This document shows positions 55,836 through 64,000 of a stretch of DNA of 64,000 bases, one piece after another. The notes beneath the pieces are model-generated. The model was given only the letters and a program-made list of their open reading frames with translations, had not been told where the DNA came from and did not search any database. Made by a program: the position numbers and the translations under genes. Where the stretch lies: assembly GCA_030649025.1 (NCBI GenBank), contig JAUSGO010000004.1, forward strand, positions 6,824 to 70,823, written 5' to 3'. Source of the stretch: a bacterium. Its GTDB lineage: Bacteria > Patescibacteriota > Minisyncoccia > JAUYLV01. Within the stretch, counting starts at the first letter, position 1. Every line of letters starts with the position of its first letter.

Positions 55836-56879
55836 TTGAAAGGTCCAGCGGTAAAAAAAGCACCCGGGACACTGGGGAGCAGTCGGTCTTCAGAGTTAAG
55901 GCAAGACCTTGTTTCTTTGGATTGGGTGACCATCGCCACGGGACGAGCAAGGCGTCCACACGCTTTTGCCGCGACAAAGGAGTTTGTTCATGATGACATT
56001 ACGACGTGCCCTTTTGAAGACTTGGAGAGATCGGGCAACGAGAAGCCGGCATTGGTGTATCGCGACAAGCGGCGCGACTGGTCGCTTGCCGTTGTCCCGA
56101 ATAAATATCCGGCCTTCACTAATGGCAGAACCGGATGCCCGCCGGTATTTCCCGTTGGGCCGCATCAGGTTATGGAAGGCATCGGGTTTCACGAGGTTTT
56201 TGTATTGCGCGACCACCTCAAACAACCGGCGGAACTTCCCGTAACGAAAGTTCGCGAGCTGCTGCACGCTTACATGGAACGGTACCGCGCTCTTAAGGGC
56301 GAAGGATGCGTGCGGTATATCTCAATATTCCATAATCACGGGAAAGATGCCGGCGCCTCACTGACTCATCCTCATTCACAGCTTATCGCCATTCCCGTTA
56401 TTCCTCCCGATGTACACAGAAGTCTTGAGGGGTCGGAACGATACTATTTGGGAGAGCGCAAATGCATACATTGCGTGATGCTTGAATACGAACGAAAAGA
56501 AAAAAAGCGCGTCGTGTTTGAAAACGACTGCATGATGGTTATAGCCCCCTATGCTTCACATTCGGCATTCGAGATGCGCATATTTCCCAAAGCCCATCAT
56601 CCGCACTTTGAGGCAATGAGCGGACAAGAGGAGCAGTGTGCGGCAGAGGCGCTTAAAGTGACCCTTTGGAAGCTTTTCCGGGGCCTCAAAAATCCCTCCT
56701 ACAATTACTTTGTACACACGGCCCCCCCGGCGACAGAACACGGCTCCGACCACTATCACTGGCATATCGAGATCGTTCCGAAGTCCCAGATTTGGGCCGG
56801 ATTTGAGATTGGTACCGGTATTGAAATTTCTGCTATTTCCCCGGAGGATGCCGCGACATTTCTTCGCTCTGTTAAATAA
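55836..56879 (+). CDS. galT: Galactose-1-phosphate uridylyltransferase (GalT/HIT family)
   Basis: RARRP, CPF, VPNKYPA, NHGKDAGASLTHPHSQ, YHWHIEI. Confidence 0.9.
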   Translation: MKGPAVKKAPGTLGSSRSSELRQDLVSLDWVTIATGRARRPHAFAATKEFVHDDITTCPFEDLERSGNEKPALVYRDKRRDWSLAVVPNKYPAFTNGRTGCPPVFPVGPHQVMEGIGFHEVFVLRDHLKQPAELPVTKVRELLHAYMERYRALKGEGCVRYISIFHNHGKDAGASLTHPHSQLIAIPVIPPDVHRSLEGSERYYLGERKCIHCVMLEYERKEKKRVVFENDCMMVIAPYASHSAFEMRIFPKAHHPHFEAMSGQEEQCAAEALKVTLWKLFRGLKNPSYNYFVHTAPPATEHGSDHYHWHIEIVPKSQIWAGFEIGTGIEISAISPEDAATFLRSVK

Positions 56880-56928
56880 TGGGTTGAGTATTTTCCGGAG
56901 ATCTTCCACAGTGTGCCCGCCCCCGTGT

Positions 56929-57717
56929 ATGAAAAAAAAACTTATTGTAGCAAACTGGAAGGCGTACCTCGCGTCACAGAAAGAAGTCAAAGAGTACGTT
57001 TCGGTGTTCTCCAGAAATTTCGGAAAGTCCGGCGCTAAAAACGCCGCAGACGTTGTTTTTTGTCCCCCGTTCTTATATCTTGCGGCATTCCGGTCGGCGC
57101 ACATAGGGGGTGTTGCCGTGGGCGCTCAAGATGTATTTTGGGAGGAGCGGGGTCCTTATACGGGAGAGGCGACAACGAGCATGCTTAAAGATGCGGGCGC
57201 CTCCTATGTTATCATTGGCCACTCGGAGCGGCGGAGATATCTTGGGGAAAACGACGAAATGGTAAGTAAAAAATTGCGTGGGGCGCTTGAAGCGAAGATC
57301 AATGTAATACTATGTATTGGAGAGTGGACAAAAGCCTCCGACGATGTAGGCGAGAAAAAAACACTAGACTTTATCAAAAACCAGCTACACTGCGCTCTTG
57401 CGGGCGTTTCCAGGACCCTCCTAAAACGGATGGTGGTGGTGTACGAACCCGTGTGGGCCATTAGCGGGAACTCTGGCATTGCCGACACGCCCGAGAATGC
57501 TTCGCGCATGATCATGTTTATCAGACGCATTATTGCGAAGCTCTACGATGGGCATACCGCAAGATCTTTAGCCGTTCTTTATGGGGGGAGTGTATCTTCG
57601 CAAAATGCGGCCGGATTTATCCGTCAGGACACTATTGACGGAGTTTTGGTTGGCAGCGCAAGCGCGAATCCAAATGAATTTTTGAAAATTATAGCGGAAG
57701 CAACTCGTAAAACATAG
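56929..57717 (+). CDS. tpiA: Triosephosphate isomerase
   Basis: ANWK, GHSERR, YEPVWAI, LYGGSV, GVLVGSAS. Confidence 0.97.
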   Translation: MKKKLIVANWKAYLASQKEVKEYVSVFSRNFGKSGAKNAADVVFCPPFLYLAAFRSAHIGGVAVGAQDVFWEERGPYTGEATTSMLKDAGASYVIIGHSERRRYLGENDEMVSKKLRGALEAKINVILCIGEWTKASDDVGEKKTLDFIKNQLHCALAGVSRTLLKRMVVVYEPVWAISGNSGIADTPENASRMIMFIRRIIAKLYDGHTARSLAVLYGGSVSSQNAAGFIRQDTIDGVLVGSASANPNEFLKIIAEATRKT

Positions 57718-57752
57718 TTTGTGCGAGTAAAAATTCCAAACAAAAGTTCTAC

Positions 57753-58925
57753 ATGATGCGCTCTCTAACCACTCAAGACGTGAAAGGCAAGCGTATTCTT
57801 GTGCGCATTGATGTAGACGTCGAGCTCGCGGGGGACCGCAAAACCATTGCGAGTGATTTTAAGTTGCGCTCGCAAATTTCCACGATCGAGTGGCTGCGCA
57901 GAAATGGCGCGAAGGCGATCCTTGTGGGCCACTTCGGTCGCCCGGACGGCAAGAAAGACGCGAATCTTTCGCTTGCCCCCATGGCAAAAATATTTTCCGA
58001 ACTTTTAAGAAAGCGGGTAAAACTGCTCGGGGACTGTGTGGGCGACGAAGTAGAAGATGAGGTCCTGCACATGAAGAACGAAGACGTCGTTCTACTTGAG
58101 AACGTGCGGTTTCACAAAGGGGAAACCGAGAACGACATGGTATTTGCGCGTAGACTTGCTCGCCTCGCGGACATCTACGTCAATAATGCATTTGCAAACT
58201 GCCACCGAAAACACGCTTCCATGGTCGCCATCGCCGGGCTTCTACCCTCCTATGCGGGCATACTTCTTGAGAAGGAGGTCTTGGCGCTCTCCCTGGTGCT
58301 TAAAAATCCAAAAAGGCCGCTTGTGCTTGTTATTGGAGGAGCAAAAATAGAAACAAAACTTCCTATTATAAAAAACTTCTTAAAAAATGCTTCAGCAATT
58401 CTCGTTGGCGGGGCGGTTGCGAACACTTTTTTTGCGGGAAAAGGATACCGGACGGAGGCGTCAAGAGTCGAACGGGATTTCATTCCTGTAGCACGGCGCC
58501 TGCTTAAAAACAGAAAGATCGTATTACCCATAGATGTGGTAACCTCTCCAAATCCTCACGGGAAAAAAGGCATTGCGTTCCGCGATGCCAAAAAAATACA
58601 ATCCGGTGAAATGATACTCGATATAGGACAGAAATCTCTTGAGCGCTTCTCCGCCCATATCCATAAAGCCGGAACGGTGGTGTGGAACGGTCCCATGGGG
58701 CTTTTTGAAATTGCGGCTTTTGCGCACGGTACGGATGCTTTGGCCAGGATCATCGCCTCAAGCAAAGCGTACAAAGTTGTCGGGGGCGGGGAGACCGGTA
58801 TCGTACTGAAGAATCTTGGCATAGAGGATAAGATAAACCACATCTCAACCGGCGGTGGTGCCATGCTTGAGTTCCTTGGCGGAAAGAGGCTTTCGGGACT
58901 GGAGGCCCTGGGGTATTACAAATAA
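57753..58925 (+). CDS. pgk: Phosphoglycerate kinase
   Basis: GHFGRP, LLENVRF, GGAK, WNGPMG, ISTGGGAMLEFL. Confidence 0.97.
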   Translation: MMRSLTTQDVKGKRILVRIDVDVELAGDRKTIASDFKLRSQISTIEWLRRNGAKAILVGHFGRPDGKKDANLSLAPMAKIFSELLRKRVKLLGDCVGDEVEDEVLHMKNEDVVLLENVRFHKGETENDMVFARRLARLADIYVNNAFANCHRKHASMVAIAGLLPSYAGILLEKEVLALSLVLKNPKRPLVLVIGGAKIETKLPIIKNFLKNASAILVGGAVANTFFAGKGYRTEASRVERDFIPVARRLLKNRKIVLPIDVVTSPNPHGKKGIAFRDAKKIQSGEMILDIGQKSLERFSAHIHKAGTVVWNGPMGLFEIAAFAHGTDALARIIASSKAYKVVGGGETGIVLKNLGIEDKINHISTGGGAMLEFLGGKRLSGLEALGYYK

Positions 58926-58962
58926 CTTGCCGCCTTGCGTGAATATGATACCGTAAGACGTT

Positions 58963-59700
58963 ATGCAAAACGTCTTTTTTGATACGGCCAAAACCTTCTT
59001 GCTGGACCTTCTTTTTCCCGTCGAATGCTTTGGGTGCGGCATAGCCGGTACGTATCTTTGCGCGCCGTGCTTTGCGAAGCTTCCCCTGCAAGAATTATTT
59101 ATCTGTCCGGTGTGTGAGAAGCCCTCGTTTGAACATGCGGTCTGCGTCGAATGTACCAAAAGAACGAAGCTCGACGGCCTTATTGCCGCATCGTTTTATG
59201 ACATAGCGCTCCTGCGCCGCCTCATCTTTGCCTATAAATATAAATTCGTAAAGCCGCTCGCCCTTCCTCTTTCACAGCTTATAGTAAAGTGCCTGACCCT
59301 GCACAACCATTCGCTTTTTCACAGAAACGACCTTGTACTTGTTCCCGTGCCGCTTTCCAAAAGACGTGAGCGCTGGCGCGGCTTTAATCAGGCGCGCGAG
59401 ATTGCCGTGTTGCTTGGGAAGGCTCTGCAAATTTCTCTTTGCGATAACGCGCTTTTCCGAACGCGGAATACCGTGCCGCAAATAGAGGCAGTGTCGCGCA
59501 AAGAACGCTTTGAGAACATTCGCGGTGCATTCAAGGTCGCCGACCCCCTCCAGATTAAAAATAAAACCATCCTGCTTGTGGATGATGTGGCCACATCTCT
59601 TGCAACGCTCAATGAATGTGCCCGCGTTCTAAAGGGGGCCGGCGCAAAAGAGGTATGGGGCATTGTGGTCGCAAGAGAGTATGTTAAGAAGGAGAATTAA
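58963..59700 (+). CDS. comF: ComF family protein (double Zn ribbon plus PRTase domain)
   Basis: LFPVECFGC..CAPC..CPVC..CVEC, VPVPL..RGFNQA, LVDDVATS. Confidence 0.9.
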   Translation: MQNVFFDTAKTFLLDLLFPVECFGCGIAGTYLCAPCFAKLPLQELFICPVCEKPSFEHAVCVECTKRTKLDGLIAASFYDIALLRRLIFAYKYKFVKPLALPLSQLIVKCLTLHNHSLFHRNDLVLVPVPLSKRRERWRGFNQAREIAVLLGKALQISLCDNALFRTRNTVPQIEAVSRKERFENIRGAFKVADPLQIKNKTILLVDDVATSLATLNECARVLKGAGAKEVWGIVVAREYVKKEN

Positions 59701-60241
59701 AGAGGAGGGTTTTTAACTTCGTTCGTTCGATAACTAAGCCCGCTATCCAGGCGCTTAAAAGTCCGACAGCAATGCCGCCGAAAATATCTGTGGGATAGTG
59801 GATGCCGGCGGCTATACGGGCGATGCCAATGAGGGCGGCGGAAATAAAAAAATACACACCCAGGCGCCGGTTTCGGAAATATACAAACCACGCTATGCCG
59901 AAAAAGAACGCGGCATGTCCAGATGGGAACGAGGCGGAGGTTTCGTGCGCGATAAGCGGAATAAAGTGCAACGCCACAAAAGGCCTGGGGCGGTTATAGA
60001 AAAAGCGAACAAGCTCGGTAAGCGCAAGCCGCGAGATAAGGGCTGTCGCTATGGAGCCCCAGGCCATAAGGCGCGTTCTTTCCTCGTCCCCCGGCATCCT
60101 ACGTTTGCCAAGCCATGGCCGCAAAAGAAGCGCGCCTACAACCGCGTACTGAAGCCACGAACCAAAGAAAATTACAAGTATATTGGCGAGCGCCGATCTG
60201 TCGGCAAGGTTATGTAGGGCGAGCACGATAGATGTGTCCAT
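59684..60241 (-). CDS. PAP2-family phosphatase (undecaprenyl-diphosphatase-like)
   Basis: RPRP, SFPSGHA, ARIAAGIHYPTDI. Confidence 0.93.
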   Translation of the reverse strand: MDTSIVLALHNLADRSALANILVIFFGSWLQYAVVGALLLRPWLGKRRMPGDEERTRLMAWGSIATALISRLALTELVRFFYNRPRPFVALHFIPLIAHETSASFPSGHAAFFFGIAWFVYFRNRRLGVYFFISAALIGIARIAAGIHYPTDIFGGIAVGLLSAWIAGLVIERTKLKTLLFNSPS

Positions 60242-60262
60242 GAATGAGAAATTCACGTTGAT

Positions 60263-61477
60263 CTAATACGGAAGAGGAAACTTTTTGCAGAGCTTAAGTA
60301 CGTCTTTGTGTATCGTATTTAACGGACGTTTTTTTGTGAGCGCATCATGTATAAGCTGTGCAAGAGAATGCATTTCGCGCTCTCCCATGCCTCTGGAAGT
60401 GACCGATGGCGTTCCCATGCGAACCCCTGAAGGATCGAAGGGTTTCGTGTCTCCCGGAACGGTGTTGCGGTTTGCGATGATGCCGACTTCTTCGAGTAAA
60501 TCCTGGGCAATTTTTCCCTGAATATTTTTTTGGCGTAAATCGAGCAAGAGCAAGTGCGTATCGGTGCCTCCGGTCACCAGCGTATAACCAAGCCGCAAGA
60601 GCTCGTCGGCGAGGGCGATTGCGTTTTTTATAACCCGGATCTGGTAAGTTTTATACGAGGGCTTCAGCGCCTCTTCGAGCGCTACTCCGATTCCGGCGAT
60701 CGTGTGCAGGTGCGGACCTCCCTGGAGGCCCGGGAAGACGGCCTTGTCGATCTTTTCCATCACCTCTTTTTTGCCTACGATGACGGCGCCGCGAGGTCCG
60801 CGCAGGGTTTTGTGTGTGGTGAATGTTACAATGTCCGTGAACGGGAATGGCGAGGGATGCAGGCCTGCTCCGACCAGTCCTGCAATATGCGAGATGTCCG
60901 CCATGGAATATGCTCCAACTTCTTTTGCGATGTCATGGAATTTTTTAAAATCAATGCGTCGGGGATAAGCCGTTGCGCCAGAAACGATGAGCTTTGGCAT
61001 GAAACGCTTTGCGGTATCGCGTACGGCCCCGTAGTCCAAAAGCCCCGTCTCTTGATTGACGAAGTATTTTATGGATGTAAATAGCTTGCCGGTTGCCGAG
61101 ACTTTGTGTCCATGAGTGAGATGCCCGCCGTGGGAAAGCTCCAGTCCCATAAATGGGTCTCCGGGGCTCAAAAGCGCCATATATACGGCAAGATTTGCGG
61201 GTGAGCCCGAATGCGGCTGGACATTTACGGCATAACTCTCGTCAAGCAAAAAAACTTTTCGTATAAGTTGTTGAACGTACGTTTCTAACTCATCCGCGAC
61301 AGCGTTTCCCGGATAGTAGCGTCGTCCCGGATAGCCTTCGGCGTACTTATTGATGAATGGCGAGGCAATGGCATTGAGCACTGCCGGGGAGGCGATGTTC
61401 TCCGAAGGTATCAAGTCGAGCGTCATCCGCTGTCGCCCAAGCTCTTTCTTAATTAGTGCGGTAATGTGCGATTTCAT
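60263..61477 (-). CDS. glyA: Serine hydroxymethyltransferase
   Basis: LIPSEN, NKYAEGYPGRRYY, GGHLTHG, TTHKTLRGPRG. Confidence 0.98.
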   Translation of the reverse strand: MKSHITALIKKELGRQRMTLDLIPSENIASPAVLNAIASPFINKYAEGYPGRRYYPGNAVADELETYVQQLIRKVFLLDESYAVNVQPHSGSPANLAVYMALLSPGDPFMGLELSHGGHLTHGHKVSATGKLFTSIKYFVNQETGLLDYGAVRDTAKRFMPKLIVSGATAYPRRIDFKKFHDIAKEVGAYSMADISHIAGLVGAGLHPSPFPFTDIVTFTTHKTLRGPRGAVIVGKKEVMEKIDKAVFPGLQGGPHLHTIAGIGVALEEALKPSYKTYQIRVIKNAIALADELLRLGYTLVTGGTDTHLLLLDLRQKNIQGKIAQDLLEEVGIIANRNTVPGDTKPFDPSGVRMGTPSVTSRGMGEREMHSLAQLIHDALTKKRPLNTIHKDVLKLCKKFPLPY

Positions 61478-62127
61478 TTCTTTTTTAGATCGTTAAAAAG
61501 GCGTATAAGTTCTTGCGGAGACACGGGGCCGACGCGGACCATCTTTGGTTCATTTCCCGTAATGTCTATAACGGTTGAGGCAGGACTTGGACGGAGCGTG
61601 CCCGCATCCACAATAAGATCGGGAAGATGTTTTTTATTTTTAAATTGGGCGCGAAGGGCCCTGATATCGGAAACGGGAGGCTCGCCGGAAATATTTGCGG
61701 AAGTTGTTGTTAGAGGAAAGTCGATGCGTGAAAAAAGCATTTCAAGAAAATCGTTTTTAAAACAGCGAAGACCAATGGGCCCGCCGCCAGTAAGGATATC
61801 CGGCGCCACAGATCGTTTTGGCAAAATGACCGTGACGGCTCCCGGCCAGACACGTGCCAGGAATTTTTCAGCAACCGCCGAGACAACTGCGATGCGGCGC
61901 GCCATTGCGACATCTTTTACTGCAACAGAGATGGGTTTTTGCTTTACGCGTTCTTTAATGAGGAAAACTTTTTCTATTGCCCGCTCATCAAGCGCGTTGG
62001 TGCCAAGTCCGTACACGGTATCTGTGGGGTACACCATGACGCCGCCTTGCCCCAGAATCTCCGACGCCAATTGGACGGCCCGCTCGACGCTTCGCGGATT
62101 CTGAAGGTCAAGATGAATATTTTTCAT
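61474..62127 (-). CDS. tsaC: L-threonylcarbamoyladenylate synthase (TsaC/Sua5-YrdC)
   Basis: YPTDTVYGL, IKER, WPGAVT, TTSANISG, STVID. Confidence 0.93.
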   Translation of the reverse strand: MKNIHLDLQNPRSVERAVQLASEILGQGGVMVYPTDTVYGLGTNALDERAIEKVFLIKERVKQKPISVAVKDVAMARRIAVVSAVAEKFLARVWPGAVTVILPKRSVAPDILTGGGPIGLRCFKNDFLEMLFSRIDFPLTTTSANISGEPPVSDIRALRAQFKNKKHLPDLIVDAGTLRPSPASTVIDITGNEPKMVRVGPVSPQELIRLFNDLKKK

Positions 62128-62723
62128 GATGATGCGCGCATGGTCCCGCCACCCATTTTTTGTTCGAAATAGGAAGCGTATTCTGAAAAAAAATTACGTC
62201 GATCCGGATGCCGAGTTGCGAGATATTTGAAGTTGAGGGCGAATTGATCTAACAGGAAACTGGTTTCCGCTTCCGGTTTTTGAAAATACGTATGAGGTTT
62301 ATCGCCGCTATTATAATGTTCAAGCGCCATTTTCCATTTTTCCGGATTTCCGCCGGAAAGCAATGCGCGCGGCATAGGATCCACATAGAGAGGCCTCCCC
62401 CTTTCATCATAAAGCTTCTCTACGATAGGCATGCGCGCGATGCTTGCAAGCTTTGCCTGCCGAATATCGGAATCTCTAGCAAATGATAGCTGGATGGCTA
62501 TTTGTTTTCCGTTTTTCAGTGTAACGACCAGGTCGATAAGCTCATGGTCCTCCGTTCTCGTTCCGCTTCTTACCTCTCGAAACAGGTCTTGTCCGGCGTA
62601 TGCTAAAAATTCTCTGAACACCGGTTCGAGCTCCTTGCCGAGCTTCTCCTGCTCGGCCCTTCTTTGTTCGAAGTCGATACGACGCACATAAAGATCTTCG
62701 ATTGCGGAGGCACGCATAGCCAT
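62124..62723 (-). CDS. Hypothetical protein (possible PD-(D/E)XK-like fold)
   Basis: 199-aa ORF overlapping the tsaC start by 4 nt; EDHELIDLVV..KQIAIQLS pattern. Confidence 0.65.
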   Translation of the reverse strand: MAMRASAIEDLYVRRIDFEQRRAEQEKLGKELEPVFREFLAYAGQDLFREVRSGTRTEDHELIDLVVTLKNGKQIAIQLSFARDSDIRQAKLASIARMPIVEKLYDERGRPLYVDPMPRALLSGGNPEKWKMALEHYNSGDKPHTYFQKPEAETSFLLDQFALNFKYLATRHPDRRNFFSEYASYFEQKMGGGTMRASS

Positions 62724-62812
62724 ACTTGATTAGTTATCCACCCAAGCATACCATGTCCATTGACGTCCTTTCAATGAGGTGTACACTAGGAACATTACCA
62801 ATAGTTATTGCC

Positions 62813-63037
62813 ATGCTTGGAGAATCTATAACAAAGAAAGAGTTGGAAGATTTGCTCGGAGAGTCCCAGCAGACCATTATTGAAGCCGTTGATTATAAGT
62901 TCCAGGACATCGAAAAACACCTCATGCGTATCGAGGATAGTCTTGACAAGACCTATGGACGCACATTAGAGCGTCACGAGTCGCTTTTAACAAAAATAGC
63001 CCGCAAGTTAGGGCTGGAGGAGGAACTTAAGGCCTAG
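62813..63037 (+). CDS. Small coiled-coil hypothetical protein
   Basis: MLGESITKKELEDLL...IARKLGLE; TTGACG/TACACT promoter at 62760-62787. Confidence 0.6.
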   Translation: MLGESITKKELEDLLGESQQTIIEAVDYKFQDIEKHLMRIEDSLDKTYGRTLERHESLLTKIARKLGLEEELKA

Positions 63038-63234
63038 AATCAAGAAAAAGGCGTAGAGGCTTTAGCATGGACCGCCGGAAGGCGGTGTTGTTTTTATGGA
63101 CGCGCGCATAAAGAATTGGTCTTTGGCATTTTTTATTCAAGTACCGGCGACCAATCTTGGTATTGACTTTTAAAATAGTTATGCTATACTCTTTTGTGCC
63201 GTAGAAACTTCTTTTCAAAAAGAATAGGAGGACA

Positions 63235-64000
63235 ATGCGCAACGACTTTGCGAAGGTCATTGTGGAGCGGCCGCGAACGGGGTCGCATCTGCCGAACCTG
63301 AAAACGCGTCTGCCGCGCATTCACTCTTGGGACACGGAAGCGGATGAGTACACCGGTCCCCTTCGGATTTCCCGGCGTGCGCGCTGGCATTCCCGGGACG
63401 CCAAGGGCCAGACGGATTTTTTGAGTCCGCTCACGCGCTTCTTGCACGCGCAGGTAGGCAAACCGTGGAATCGGGTCTGGAGCGAGATCAAGCATCGGTT
63501 TGACGAACGGTCGCTAGTGCAGTGGCACTTCGTGCAGCACGTGAAGCAGATGGTGGAGCTGAATTGCTTCATTGGCAAGGGTAGTGCGGTGTACGATGGC
63601 AGTCCCCGTGACGGCGGCACATTCACTCGGGTGGACGGGTTTTACGTCCATCCGGAAACCAAAACGCTAGAGTGGGCGGATTCTTGGAGAAATTCCCTCA
63701 GCAAGCATCCCGAGCACCCCGTCATACTCATTGTCCCCGACGCAAATACCGAGTATCGGCGTATCGGGGGTATCTGGTACGTGTTGACGTACGCGTACTA
63801 TGATCCGGAAGAAACTGTTTCGGAGCGCTTCGATGGCTTATTGGGTAAATTCGTTCCCGTTTTGCGCAAGGAACAGAAGGACGCTCCCAGGCGATACCTC
63901 CTGCGCCGGAAGCAAGCCAACCGAAAAGAGCTTCTGGAGATCAGGAAATATCTTGCGGATGCGCCGCAGCTAATCAAAAAGCGCGACTGGCAGAAACTCA
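63235..64000 (+). CDS. Hypothetical protein, runs off window (not in ORF track)
   Basis: AGGAGG SD, TTGACT..TGcTATACT promoter; open frame MRNDFAKVIVERPRTG...LSPLTRFLHAQVGKPWNRVWSEI...FYVHPET...IGGIWY. Confidence 0.8.
   Translation, partial: MRNDFAKVIVERPRTGSHLPNLKTRLPRIHSWDTEADEYTGPLRISRRARWHSRDAKGQTDFLSPLTRFLHAQVGKPWNRVWSEIKHRFDERSLVQWHFVQHVKQMVELNCFIGKGSAVYDGSPRDGGTFTRVDGFYVHPETKTLEWADSWRNSLSKHPEHPVILIVPDANTEYRRIGGIWYVLTYAYYDPEETVSERFDGLLGKFVPVLRKEQKDAPRRYLLRRKQANRKELLEIRKYLADAPQLIKKRDWQKL

Noticed and set aside
1-64000. Alternative genetic code (TGA=Gly, code 25)
   Set aside because: Conserved genes (rplC, rplW, rplP, ddl, lepA) end at TGA at their expected C-termini, and no genes appear fragmented.

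Overview
Origin-proximal 64 kb of a small-genome bacterium, most likely Patescibacteria/CPR (Parcubacteria-like). This is inferred from the lack of L30 in the spc operon, CPR-style ribosomal protein extensions and sparse SD motifs; TGA is used as a stop. The window holds yidC-yidD-rnpA-rpmH / dnaA-oriC-dnaN-dciA-like, a class A PBP, a 6S RNA not in the ORF track, ndk and a minus-strand rpsL-rpsG-fusA detached from tuf. Next come a three-gene thiolase-like / DUF35-SCP2 / acyl-CoA synthetase cluster, tRNA-Val and tRNA-Gly around a parS cluster, and a small integrase-less islet at tRNA-Gly. These are followed by a UvrD-nuclease fusion, M16 and M28 peptidases, murJ, an orphan TonB-like protein, nusA, ddl, an AbrB-MacAB-type operon and lepA. 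The right half carries tuf and the S10-spc operon (no rpmC, no rpmD), secY-adk-map, GT2-galT-tpiA-pgk-comF, PAP2-glyA-tsaC and hypotheticals. The most striking unexplained structure is a family of about 15 intergenic fold-back elements made of 7-9 nt tandem units facing their reverse complements. They sit at most gene junctions of the translation operons and often abut the next start codon. Other highlights are the Cys-less thiolase/DUF35-SCP2 lipid module, the TonB-like protein, several structured non-coding elements and possible in-frame palindromic insertions in genes. All calls are by eye; no database searches or folding programs were run.
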